A stretch of DNA of 64,000 nt, taken from contig DATKUR010000006.1 in assembly GCA_035530555.1 (NCBI GenBank), forward strand, positions 31,673 to 95,672, read 5' to 3'. Source of the DNA: Candidatus Humimicrobiaceae bacterium (GTDB lineage Bacteria > Patescibacteriota > Minisyncoccia > Minisyncoccales > DG-74-1). This document shows positions 1 to 10,815 of this stretch, piece by piece; positions within the stretch are counted from its first letter, which is position 1, and each line of letters begins with the position of its first letter. The position numbers were made by a program, and so were the translations under genes. Below the pieces are notes generated by a model. It searched no databases. It had not been told where the DNA came from and saw only the letters and a list, made by a program, of their open reading frames with translations.

Positions 1-23
1 GGTCATTAATTGCTAGCCAAAAT

Positions 24-2957
<2,934 letters not shown>

Positions 2958-3219
2958 ATTTTTGGCTAGCAATGAATGACCACATTCATTGTTTGATTAA
3001 TTAAGCGAAGAAGATAAACGTCTTCTCCGCCTTCGTCCCGCTCTTGCGGGATTCAGTTTTCAAGGTGCTTTCTGTTTCTTCTTTCACCAATCAAAAATCG
3101 CTTCCTCGGAAGCGATTCTCTGCGACGTCTACTGTTAAAACAACAGGTAACCAAATTGCAGAGCATTAACCGCTTCCTTTAATAAAAATATTTTCTTTTC
3201 TTATCATAAATCAATTAAT

Positions 3220-3248
3220 ATATTATCAAAACCAAAATTGGTTGTCAA
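3220..3248 (-). promoter_or_regulatory. sigma70-like promoter upstream of 23S rRNA (TTGACA-17 nt-TAATAT)
   Basis: The minus-sense sequence reads TTGACAaccaattttggttttgaTAATAT, about 260 nt upstream of the 23S 5' stem. The same TTGACA-17-TAATAT architecture recurs at rnpB and at the murB leader. Confidence 0.5.
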
Positions 3249-3249
3249 G

Positions 3250-3313
3250 CCTCCACACCTGTCTTAATTGTAAAAAAATTAAAAGATACTCATTCTTAAT
3301 ACAGGTGTGGAGG
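3250..3313. repeat. inverted repeat with 13-bp perfect arms around a 38-nt AT-rich loop
   Basis: cctccacacctgt (3250-3262) is the exact reverse complement of acaggtgtggagg (3301-3313). It lies between the stop of the 3373..4071 gene and the 23S promoter. No T-run follows on the minus strand. Confidence 0.7.
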
Positions 3314-3372
3314 ACAAGACTTTTGAATTAACGCTAAACCAGTGTTCTATCAGCGCAAAGGCCAATAATTAT

Positions 3373-4071
3373 TTAGCCTTTTAGTTTCTTTCTTATATCC
3401 TGTGCTATTTCGGCAGCCACATCTTTTCCGCCAAGACCAAAGGCAATAGCCAACATAGCAACTATTCCTACAAAAGCAATCTTAATCAATTCGAAAACCC
3501 AATCTGCCCAGTCAAACTTCAATTGCTGGAAAACAGCCAAAATGGCAAAAATCCAAATAGCCCATTTAATAATCGCCCCTACCAGATGACCATAACCTAC
3601 TTTAATGCTCTCCACGGCTGCTCTAATCACTTTTTCTACAATATCAGCTATAATAACGGCTACTACAAAAATAAGGGCAGCTACAATAACATTCGGAAGA
3701 TAACCCAAAATAGCTCCCAGTAAGTCCTTGAATGCCCCAAACGGTTGTCCTAAAGCTCCAACAGCTGCGTAAAGAAAAGTAATCACCAAAATCCATTTAA
3801 CAATAGCGCCGATAAAATCTGAGGGACTAATCTTCATCTCAGCTTTTTCTAAAGCCGTTTTCCACCCAGTCCTTTCAAAGAATTGATTTAATTTTATTCT
3901 GGTTAAGATCTCAGCCACTAATTTTCCAACGATAACCGCAAAAATCCAACCAATAAGGAAGATAATAATTGCGGCAACTAAGCCGGGAACGAAATTCAAA
4001 AACCCATCCCAGAGTTTCAATAAAGCCATAGTTGTTGTTTCGGCCCAGTTTTCTATCCAGTTTTCAAACAT
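3373..4071 (-). CDS. multi-pass membrane protein with repeated TM-helix units (conserved-TM-helix / mechanosensitive-channel-related type)
   Basis: 232-aa ORF made of several similar hydrophobic helices (e.g. LVAAIIIFLIGWIFAVIVGKLVAEIL and IVAALIFVVAVIIADIVEKVIRA). The family was assigned from memory only. Confidence 0.45.
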   Translation of the reverse strand: MFENWIENWAETTTMALLKLWDGFLNFVPGLVAAIIIFLIGWIFAVIVGKLVAEILTRIKLNQFFERTGWKTALEKAEMKISPSDFIGAIVKWILVITFLYAAVGALGQPFGAFKDLLGAILGYLPNVIVAALIFVVAVIIADIVEKVIRAAVESIKVGYGHLVGAIIKWAIWIFAILAVFQQLKFDWADWVFELIKIAFVGIVAMLAIAFGLGGKDVAAEIAQDIRKKLKG

Positions 4072-4165
4072 AGTAGTTTTATATCTTTAAAATTTTAATT
4101 TTCGACCTTTGTAAAGATTAGGATATTATATAAAAGCCAAAGAGATCTGTCTAGTGGAAAACTTT

Positions 4166-4239
4166 TGGTGGACCTAGGCAGAATCGAACTGCCGCTACTA
4201 CATTGCAAATGTAGTGTTCTACCGTTAAACTATAGGCCC
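4166..4239 (-). tRNA. tRNA-Ala (UGC), CCA encoded
   Basis: The reverse complement is GGGCCTATAGTTTAACGGTAGAACACTACATTTGCAATGTAGTAGCGGCAGTTCGATTCTGCCTAGGTCCACCA. It folds as a cloverleaf with a G3:U70 pair and the anticodon loop TTTGCAA. Confidence 0.9.
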
Positions 4240-4250
4240 AGAAAAATTTA

Positions 4251-4367
4251 GGCGGGTGAACAAATGAGGCGCCCCAGCAGTAGAACGCTTCGCGTTCACT
4301 ACGGGGCAGTCCCGTACCGTGCTTTGCTCTGATACTGGGACGTTCTAGCCAACTGAACTACAGGCCC
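4251..4367 (-). other. tRNA-like 5' half followed by a long hairpin; no matching 3' acceptor strand (degenerate tRNA or unknown ncRNA)
   Basis: The reverse complement starts GGGCCTG TA GTTC AGTTGGCTA GAAC, a good acceptor 5' strand plus D-arm. It continues TCCCAGTATCAGAGCAAAGCACGGTACGGGACTG, then the hairpin CCCCGTAGTGAACGC-GAA-GCGTTCTACTGCTGGGG, then CGCCTCATTTGTTCACCCGCC. I find no T-arm and no CAGGCCC strand. Confidence 0.3.
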
Positions 4368-4370
4368 GTT

Positions 4371-4445
4371 TGGTGGGCGCGGAAGGAGTTGAACCTTCCA
4401 CCTCTTCTTTATCAGAGAAGCGTTCTACCGCTGAACTACGCGCCC
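4371..4445 (-). tRNA. tRNA-Ile (GAU), CCA encoded
   Basis: The reverse complement is GGGCGCGTAGTTCAGCGGTAGAACGCTTCTCTGATAAAGAAGAGGTGGAAGGTTCAACTCCTTCCGCGCCCACCA, with anticodon loop CTGATAA. Confidence 0.9.
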
Positions 4446-4996
4446 AAGACAAAAAATTCTTTTTTTACCGGGAGACTGCTTATCCTTTTTTTAAAAATAA
4501 CATTCAGTCCTATCTTATCGAAGATGTTCTCCCATTCTTCTTCTGACTTAAAAGAGGCTTTATTGTAATCTCCGATGAGCTTGGTGAAAGAAATTCCGTG
4601 AATCTTACAGAATAAACTTGAAAAAAAATCATCCAACAAGTCTTCGTAAATAATGATTTTACCCTTGGCCGTTCTTTTGGCTTCTTTCAAAAGAACAACG
4701 GGGTCTTCGCTATGATGTAAAACGTAATTAATTAAAACCGTATCAAAGGAATCATCTGGAAAAAGAAGGTGAAAACCATCATAAATTTGAAAAGGAAGCG
4801 AAGAAACCCGGTAATCTTTAATATCTACTCCCAAGACTTCTGCTCGAAAAAAATCTTGAAAGGTCTTCCCAACTATACCGCAACCGCAACCCAGATCGAG
4901 AACCTTCGAACCCTTTTTAATAAAATCTTGGCAATCCAAACACATTTTCTTTGCCGCCAATTTATAAATTGGGTAGAAAGCCCGGTAATGATTCAT
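4436..4996 (-). CDS. class I SAM-dependent methyltransferase
   Basis: 186-aa ORF with motif I VLDLGCGCGIVG. Its last codons overlap the 5' end of tRNA-Ile by about 10 nt. Confidence 0.7.
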   Translation of the reverse strand: MNHYRAFYPIYKLAAKKMCLDCQDFIKKGSKVLDLGCGCGIVGKTFQDFFRAEVLGVDIKDYRVSSLPFQIYDGFHLLFPDDSFDTVLINYVLHHSEDPVVLLKEAKRTAKGKIIIYEDLLDDFFSSLFCKIHGISFTKLIGDYNKASFKSEEEWENIFDKIGLNVIFKKRISSLPVKKEFFVLGA

Positions 4997-5469
4997 TTTC
5001 TAACTTTTGTAAAATTACCGATTATCAAGTCAGGTATCATTTTTCTAAGAGCAGCGCCTTTAAGTTTAATTGAAAAATTATAATCACCGCTATTGAGAAT
5101 GATTTTGGGCAGATTAATCAAGGATTTATCAACAAATGTCGGCACTCTCCATAAATTTCCAAAAGGCGGAATAGCGCCAATTTTTACCCCTTTTAGATTT
5201 TTCTTAATCCAGGCCTCCTTAATAAAACTAATCTTTTTCGTTTTAGCTGTTTTTCCTAACTTTAGAATGTCTAAATTTTTGTTTGCTGGAATCATAACCA
5301 AAGCTACCCTTTTGTCTATTCTCGTCACTAATGTTTTCCCAATCATCTTCTCTGAGACCTTTAAAGTGGCTGCTTTGTCAAAGGCAGTATAAACCGTCCG
5401 GTGCCCAACCACTTCGTATTTTGTCTTTACCTTTTCTAAAAAATTGGAAATTTTTTTGGGAATTTGCAT
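4993..5469 (-). CDS. YbaK/ProX-type aminoacyl-tRNA editing (deacylase) domain protein
   Basis: 158-aa ORF of the right size, with GAIPPFG and SGDYNFSIKL-type motifs typical of YbaK-like domains (recognised from memory). Confidence 0.55.
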   Translation of the reverse strand: MQIPKKISNFLEKVKTKYEVVGHRTVYTAFDKAATLKVSEKMIGKTLVTRIDKRVALVMIPANKNLDILKLGKTAKTKKISFIKEAWIKKNLKGVKIGAIPPFGNLWRVPTFVDKSLINLPKIILNSGDYNFSIKLKGAALRKMIPDLIIGNFTKVRK

Positions 5470-5490
5470 ATTGAAATATTATATCAAAAA

Positions 5491-5515
5491 TAAAAAAGCC
5501 GTCAATCGGCTTTTG
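5491..5515 (-). terminator. intrinsic (bidirectional) terminator downstream of 16S rRNA
   Basis: aaaaaaGCCGtcaatCGGCtttt. In minus sense this is AAAAGCCGattgaCGGCTTTTTT, sitting just after the 16S 3' processing-stem strand. Confidence 0.6.
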
Positions 5516-5519
5516 TCAG

Positions 5520-5543
5520 TTTTTTAGAGTTGCTCCGATAATC
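5520..5543 (-). other. 3' strand of the 16S precursor processing stem (partner at 7255-7278)
   Basis: 5520-5543 (ttttttagagttgctccgataatc) is the reverse complement of 7255-7278 (ataatcggagcaactctaaaaaac). This is the classic long-range stem bracketing an SSU rRNA. Confidence 0.8.
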
Positions 5544-5621
5544 CCCCTTTAAGGTCCGGAGATTAACACCTTAAGGTTGAAAACAGAATTCTCAGTTTTC
5601 AATCCCAGTCGACAAAATTTT

Positions 5622-7184
5622 AAATTAATTGATCCACCGACAGCTTCCGCTACCGGTGCCTTGTTACGACTTCATTCTTGTTACCGACTTTAGCTTGAGC
5701 CCGCCTCAACGGCGGGATTTCGGCTACTGCCGGCTCCCCTAATGTGACGGGCGGTGAGTACAAGCTTCAGGAACGTATTCATCGCCACATAGCTGATTGG
5801 CGATTACTAGCGATTCCAACTTCATGAGGTCGGGTTGCAGACCTCAATCCGAACTGAGACCGGATTTGATGGGATTAGCTCCGCCTTGCGGCTTAGCAAC
5901 CCATTGTTCCGGCCATTGTACCACGTGTGCAGCCCAGGGCATCAAGGGCCACGCTGACTTGGCGTCATCCTCGCCTTCCTCCCGGTTATCCCGGGCAGTT
6001 CCCGGTGACAGATAAAACACAGGGTAAGGGTTGCGCAGGTTTTGGCATCTAAGCATGCACTTCAAAGCACCTGCTGACGACAGCCGTGCAGCACCTGCCC
6101 CAATGTCCTTGTGGGTAGTCCGCCGTTTCTGGCGGATTTCATTGGGGTTTCTAGCCCTGGTAAGGTTCTTCGTTTGTTGTCGAATTGAGCCACATGGTCC
6201 ACCGCTTGTGTGAAGCCCCGTCTATTCCTTTGAGTTTTAGTCTTGCGGCCGTACTTCCCAGGCGGAACACTTAACGCGTTAGCTTCGCCACCTAAAGGGT
6301 CGACACTTCAGATAGCCAGTGTTCATCGTTTAGGGCGTGGACTACCGAGGTATCTAATCTCGTTTGCTCCCCACGCTTTCGTCCTTCAGCGTCAGGACCG
6401 TCCCAGCTGAATGCCTTCGCTTTTGGTGTTCCGGTCGATATCAACGGATTTCACCCCTACACCGACCGTTCCATCAGCCCCTAACGTCCTCTAGCCAGAT
6501 AGTATTCCTGGCACCCCCAAGGTTGAGCCCTGGGTATTTAACCAGAAACTTTCCTGGCCGCCTACGGACCCTTTACGCCCAATAAATCCGGATAACGCTC
6601 GGAGACTCTGTATTACCGCTGCTGCTGGCACAGAGTTTGCACCTCCTTATTCCTCCGTTACTGTCACCCGAAGGTTCTTCACGGAGAAAAGCTCTTTACA
6701 CCCCGAAGGGCTTCTTCGAGCACGCGGCGTCGCTGGTTCAGACTTTCGTCCATTGACCAATATTCTCGACTGCGGCCTCCCGTAGGAGTGCGGACCGTAT
6801 CGCAGTTCCGCCGTTGGGGAACAAGCTCTCACTTCCCCTACCCGTCATCGCCTTGGTAGGCCATTACCCTACCAACTAGCTGATAAGTCGCAGACCAATC
6901 CTCAACCGGTAATCCTTGCGGACACCCTTTACCCACCACTTGCGTGGGGGGACTATCACGAATTAGCCAATCTTTCGACTGGTTATGCGTGTGTTGGGGG
7001 TTTGTATCTACGTGTTACTAACTCGTTTGCCACTCCCCCCATCACTTTGACCTGAATTTTCACGATTAACCTTATTTTTGGTTCCCTCGTTGAATTAAAG
7101 ACAAAGTGATGGGGAGCGTTCGACTTGCATGCCTGATCCACGCCGCCAGCGTTCATCCTGAGCTAGGATCAAACTCTCAAATAA
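5622..7184 (-). rRNA. rrs: 16S ribosomal RNA (about 1.56 kb), with expanded V1 helix and no CCUCC at the 3' end
   Basis: The 5' end reads TTGAGAGTTTGATCCTAGCTCAGGATGAACGCTGGCGGCG (reverse complement of 7141-7184). The 3' end reads AAGTCGTAACAAGGCACCGGTAGCGGAAGCTGTCGGTGGATCAATTAATTT, i.e. helix 45 with a GGAA loop, then GGATCA followed by ATTAATTT instead of CCTCCTTA. Confidence 0.93.
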
Positions 7185-7400
7185 TAGACTTAAGATATAA
7201 GTTACTAGATTAAAGAAATTTTCTAAAACCTTGAGTCTTTAATCTTAAATCTTAATAATCGGAGCAACTCTAAAAAACTAAACGAACGATAGTGAGTTCA
7301 CCGAGCATATAATTTTTTATGTGCTTCGGTTCCATTCTCACTCCGTTCAGATTTGATTTTTAAGGTACTTGCTTTCATCCGTCCAGGCTTTGCACGCCAT

Positions 7401-7426
7401 CAAAAATCAGGAAGAGACTTCCTGAT
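7401..7426 (-). terminator. terminator-like hairpin in the 16S leader, just downstream of a tiny ORF
   Basis: The minus-sense sequence is ATCAGGAAG-TCT-CTTCCTGAT followed by TTTTTGAT. Confidence 0.5.
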
Positions 7427-7457
7427 TCCTGTATCTTGATTCCTTAAATATACTTTA

Positions 7458-7490
7458 CTATTTGCGACCGCGCTTTTTCTTTTTAGCCAT
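7458..7490 (-). CDS. tiny ORF encoding MAKKKKRGRK (10 aa); coding status uncertain
   Basis: The ORF is atggctaaaaagaaaaagcgcggtcgcaaatag, about 30 nt downstream of a consensus promoter and followed by a hairpin plus T-run. A paralogous arrangement occurs at 56846..56878. Confidence 0.25.
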   Translation of the reverse strand: MAKKKKRGRK

Positions 7491-7523
7491 GGATTTATCT
7501 TTTATTGTGTCTCTTCGGGTCTT

Positions 7524-7552
7524 AGTTTATCTTTTTCAAAAATCTTTGTCAA
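7524..7552 (-). promoter_or_regulatory. sigma70-like promoter (TTGACA-17 nt-TAAACT), the only obvious promoter upstream of 16S
   Basis: The minus-sense sequence reads cTTGACAaagatttttgaaaaagaTAAACT. Confidence 0.55.
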
Positions 7553-7614
7553 GCCCAAGTATTACAACAGCAAAATGAAGCTCAGTCCAAAGTTCAATGT
7601 CGGGCAAGACCCTA

Positions 7615-7686
7615 AGCCGTCCCCGAGGCTCGAACTCGGAACCTTTTGTTTACAAAACAAATGCTCTACCATTGAGCTAGGACGGC
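7615..7686 (-). tRNA. tRNA-Thr (UGU)
   Basis: The reverse complement is GCCGTCCTAGCTCAATGGTAGAGCATTTGTTTTGTAAACAAAAGGTTCCGAGTTCGAGCCTCGGGGACGGCT, with anticodon loop TTTGTAA. CCA is not encoded. Confidence 0.88.
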
Positions 7687-7690
7687 AGTG

Positions 7691-8089
7691 TTATTTCTTT
7701 TCTTTTATCCTCTTTATTTCTTCCCAATAATTATCCTTGTCTAACTTCTCTCTTATGGTCTTTTGATTCTGCCAATTGACAGACCGAGAAGAAAAAGTTT
7801 TCTTCTTCGACTTCTCTCTTAATTTCTGGAGCCAATTAAATGTTTGCTTGTCGGTCTTCAGACTTAAAATTCTGATTTTAGAAATAAATTTCTGCAAAAA
7901 TATTTCATAAGAGAAATTTTTTAAAGGAGATAATTCTTCGGTCTTTTGCCTTAATTTTGAGCTAAATGACTCGTCTTCCTCAGTTAAATCCTCCGACAAC
8001 TCAATCAAAAGCGGAATTTTCCGCCGAACAATCAATCCTATACCTAATAAGCTACAAATTAAAATAATTGTCGCGATTATCTCAATCAT
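7691..8089 (-). CDS. hypothetical protein with an N-terminal TM anchor and a charged C-terminal region
   Basis: 132-aa ORF with a hydrophobic N-terminus (IIATIILICSLLGIGLIV). I recognise no motif. Confidence 0.4.
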   Translation of the reverse strand: MIEIIATIILICSLLGIGLIVRRKIPLLIELSEDLTEEDESFSSKLRQKTEELSPLKNFSYEIFLQKFISKIRILSLKTDKQTFNWLQKLREKSKKKTFSSRSVNWQNQKTIREKLDKDNYWEEIKRIKEKK

Positions 8090-8538
8090 TACATTTCGTA
8101 TCTTACAAATCTTTTTATAATGATATTTTCTCCTAATTTGGCAATATATTCATCAATCAAATCTTTTATCGTCTTTGTTTCGTCTCTTATCCACGGTTGG
8201 TTAAAAAGTGAATTTTCTTCTGAAGGACTGATAGCGGTAATTTGCAGTGCTAATTCGTGGGCTAACTTTTGAAAATCAGGGGTTTTAGCAACGAAATCGG
8301 TTTCACAACAGAGCTCAATCATTGCCCCGACCTTCTTATTAGAATGGATGTAGCTTTCAATTATTCCTTGTTTTGCTTCCTTTTCTGTCCTTTTTTTAGC
8401 AAAATCTTTTCCCCATTTTCTTAAAATATCTTTTGCCTCCTGGAAATCGCCCTTGGTCTCTGTTAATGCTTTTTTACATTCGGAAATGGAAACTTCCGTC
8501 TCTTCTCTTAGTTTTTTAATCTGGTCAATATTTACCAT
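8089..8538 (-). CDS. tsf: translation elongation factor Ts (short form)
   Basis: The N-terminus IKKLREETEVSISECKKALTETKGDFQEAKDILRKWG is a typical EF-Ts UBA-like domain. The gene lies next to rpsB as in most bacteria. Confidence 0.85.
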   Translation of the reverse strand: MVNIDQIKKLREETEVSISECKKALTETKGDFQEAKDILRKWGKDFAKKRTEKEAKQGIIESYIHSNKKVGAMIELCCETDFVAKTPDFQKLAHELALQITAISPSEENSLFNQPWIRDETKTIKDLIDEYIAKLGENIIIKRFVRYEM

Positions 8539-8552
8539 AAACTTAAAATTAT

Positions 8553-9377
8553 TTAGCCTTGAGTTTTAGACTGTGGTTTTTCGTCTTTCACTTTAAGCTT
8601 TGCGCTTAAAATCGCTTTTTTTATCTTATCCAATATATATTTTACTGAGCTTATGGCGTCATCGTTGGCCGGAATCGGATAATCGACTAAGCTTGGATCG
8701 GTATTAGTATGAGAAATAGCAATGATTTTTATTCCTTTCATTGTTGCCTCTTTTACCGCTAAATCATCTTTTTTCATATCTAAAACCAAGATAGCATCGG
8801 GCAATTCTTCCAAATTTTTTATCCCGCCAAATTTTATTTCCAAATCATGCAATTCCTTGTCAATTTTATTTCGCTCTCGTTTTGTATATTTCTCCAGCTC
8901 TCTTTCTTTTTTCTTCCTTTCCACTTCTTTAAAATAGGCTATCCTCTTTTTTATTATTTCAAAATTGGTAAAAGTTCCTCCTAGCCATCTTTCTGTTACG
9001 TAAGGCAAGGCTAGTTCTTGAGCAAGAACTTCAGCAAGGCTTTTAACCTGAACTTTTGTACCAACTATTAACAAAGTTTTATTTCCCAAAATTAATTGCT
9101 GGATGAACTCTAAGGCCTTTTCTAGTTTCTCCTTTGTTTTTTCCAAATCAATAATATGGATAGCATTTCTCACGCCAGCTATAAAGGGCATCATTTTCGG
9201 ATGAATCTTAGAAGTTTTGTGTCCAAAATGAAGACCGGCTTGGGCCATTTCCTCAAGGTTAATATTAAAATCCTTACTCTTCCGAGCGTCAGTGAGACGC
9301 GCAGAAGACAATTTATCCTTTTCGCCCGCCAAAATCTTAGCAGAGGCGGGAACTTTTTTCTCTTTTGTCTCTGACAT
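8553..9377 (-). CDS. rpsB: 30S ribosomal protein S2
   Basis: 274-aa ORF with HFGHKTSKIHPKM, LLIVGTK and other S2 hallmarks, in the conserved rpsB-tsf pair. Confidence 0.93.
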   Translation of the reverse strand: MSETKEKKVPASAKILAGEKDKLSSARLTDARKSKDFNINLEEMAQAGLHFGHKTSKIHPKMMPFIAGVRNAIHIIDLEKTKEKLEKALEFIQQLILGNKTLLIVGTKVQVKSLAEVLAQELALPYVTERWLGGTFTNFEIIKKRIAYFKEVERKKKERELEKYTKRERNKIDKELHDLEIKFGGIKNLEELPDAILVLDMKKDDLAVKEATMKGIKIIAISHTNTDPSLVDYPIPANDDAISSVKYILDKIKKAILSAKLKVKDEKPQSKTQG

Positions 9378-9465
9378 AATTTAATTCAATTTAATAATAC
9401 TATCAAAATCTAAAAAACAAATCAAGGGTTGCTTTCCCTAATAATATATTATAATATTACAATAT

Positions 9466-9675
9466 ATGAAAAAAGGTATTCATCCCAAATATTACCCAAA
9501 TGCTAAGGTTAAATGTGCCTGCGGCAATATTTTTACCGTTGGTTCAACCAAGGAATTTATTGAAATTGAAATTTGTTCAAAATGTCATCCGTTTTACACT
9601 GGCAAAGAAAAGATTGTTGATGCTATGGGCAGGGTTGAAAAATTCAGAAAAAGATTGGCAAAGAAAAAGAAATAA
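9466..9675 (+). CDS. rpmE: 50S ribosomal protein L31
   Basis: [10 protein letters not shown]...[10 protein letters not shown] is the classic L31 sequence. Confidence 0.95.
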   Translation: MKKGIHPKYYPNAKVKCACGNIFTVGSTKEFIEIEICSKCHPFYTGKEKIVDAMGRVEKFRKRLAKKKK

Positions 9676-9762
9676 GCGACGCTAATCTGTAAATAGTATA
9701 TCGATTATAAGAACATTGGTATCGCTAGCATATTTATTGATATTATTAGTATCGTTTTATTC

Positions 9763-10815
9763 ATGTTTGATATTACGGAAATAAAAAAGGAATATAATGA
9801 GGTTCTACAACAGCTCGCTGACCCCGAGCTGATTTCTGATTGGGAAAAAAATGACAACCTGATCAAAAGAAAAAATTATCTTGAAAGAATTATTAACAAG
9901 GAGAAAGAAATCAATGACTTAGAGAATAAAATTGAAGAAAATAAAACAATTTTGAAATCTCAGGAAGAAAAAGAGCTTTTTTCTCTGGCTGAAACCGAAA
10001 TAATCCAATTAGAGGAAAAGAAAAAAATATTGGAAGAAGAATTAAAAAAAATCTTATCAGAACCGCAAGAAAAAAAAGATATCGTTAAGTCAGTAATTAT
10101 GGAAATCAGAGCAGGAGCCGGTGGAGAAGAGGCGTCTTTATTTGTTGCTGACCTTTCTAAAATGTATTTAAAATACGCTAATTTTCAAAACTGGAAAGAA
10201 AAACTTTTAGATTCCCGGCCAAGTTCTTTAAACGGTTTCAAGGAGATCGTTTTTGAAATTTCCGGTAATGAGGTTTTTTTAAAAATGAAGACAGAGGCTG
10301 GAGTCCATCGCGTCCAAAGGATACCGGCTACCGAAAAATCGGGCAGGATTCATACTTCCACGGTTTCTGTAGCGGTATTGCCAAAACCTCAAAAAGGAAA
10401 AATCACTATCAATCCTAGCGAATTAAAGGTTGATACTTATAAATCTTCGGGTCCTGGCGGCCAATATGTTAACAAAAGAATGACGGCTATAAGAGTTACC
10501 CATTTACCTACGGGTTTAGTGGTTACTTCACAGACGGAAAGAAATCTTCAGCAAAATCGGGAGAATGCTTTAAGTATCCTAGAGGCGAAACTTTTAGAAA
10601 AAAAAGAGATGGAAACAGCCACGAAATTGGGTCAAGAAAGAAGATTACAAATTGGCAAAGCCCAGAGAGCAGAAAAAATCAGAACCTATAATTTTCCTCA
10701 AAACAGGGTCACCGACCACAGAGTAAAAAAATCCTTCCATAATATAGAAGAAATCATGGAAGGCAAGCTAGAACCGATAATAAAAGCTCTCTCAAAAACT
10801 ACGATTAAGGAATGA
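9763..10815 (+). CDS. prfA: peptide chain release factor 1
   Basis: Carries the PAT tripeptide (RIPATEKSGRIHTS) and the GGQ motif (SGPGGQYVNK). Confidence 0.95.
   Translation: MFDITEIKKEYNEVLQQLADPELISDWEKNDNLIKRKNYLERIINKEKEINDLENKIEENKTILKSQEEKELFSLAETEIIQLEEKKKILEEELKKILSEPQEKKDIVKSVIMEIRAGAGGEEASLFVADLSKMYLKYANFQNWKEKLLDSRPSSLNGFKEIVFEISGNEVFLKMKTEAGVHRVQRIPATEKSGRIHTSTVSVAVLPKPQKGKITINPSELKVDTYKSSGPGGQYVNKRMTAIRVTHLPTGLVVTSQTERNLQQNRENALSILEAKLLEKKEMETATKLGQERRLQIGKAQRAEKIRTYNFPQNRVTDHRVKKSFHNIEEIMEGKLEPIIKALSKTTIKE

Noticed and set aside
4251-4367. 5S rRNA candidate between the spacer tRNAs
   Set aside because: The termini are not complementary, so there is no helix I. None of the conserved 5S loop sequences, such as CCGAAC...GAAGTGAAAC or GAGAGTAGG, is present on either strand.
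5797-6832. ORFs 5797..6015, 5844..6065, 6031..6213, 6364..6585 and 6647..6832
   Set aside because: They lie inside the 16S rRNA gene and are artefacts of its GC-richer sequence.
7033-7116. Possible intron or IVS in 16S
   Set aside because: It is a simple extended hairpin at the V1 position. Total 16S length is about 1.56 kb, and there is no ORF and no group I or group II features. I treat it as an expansion segment.
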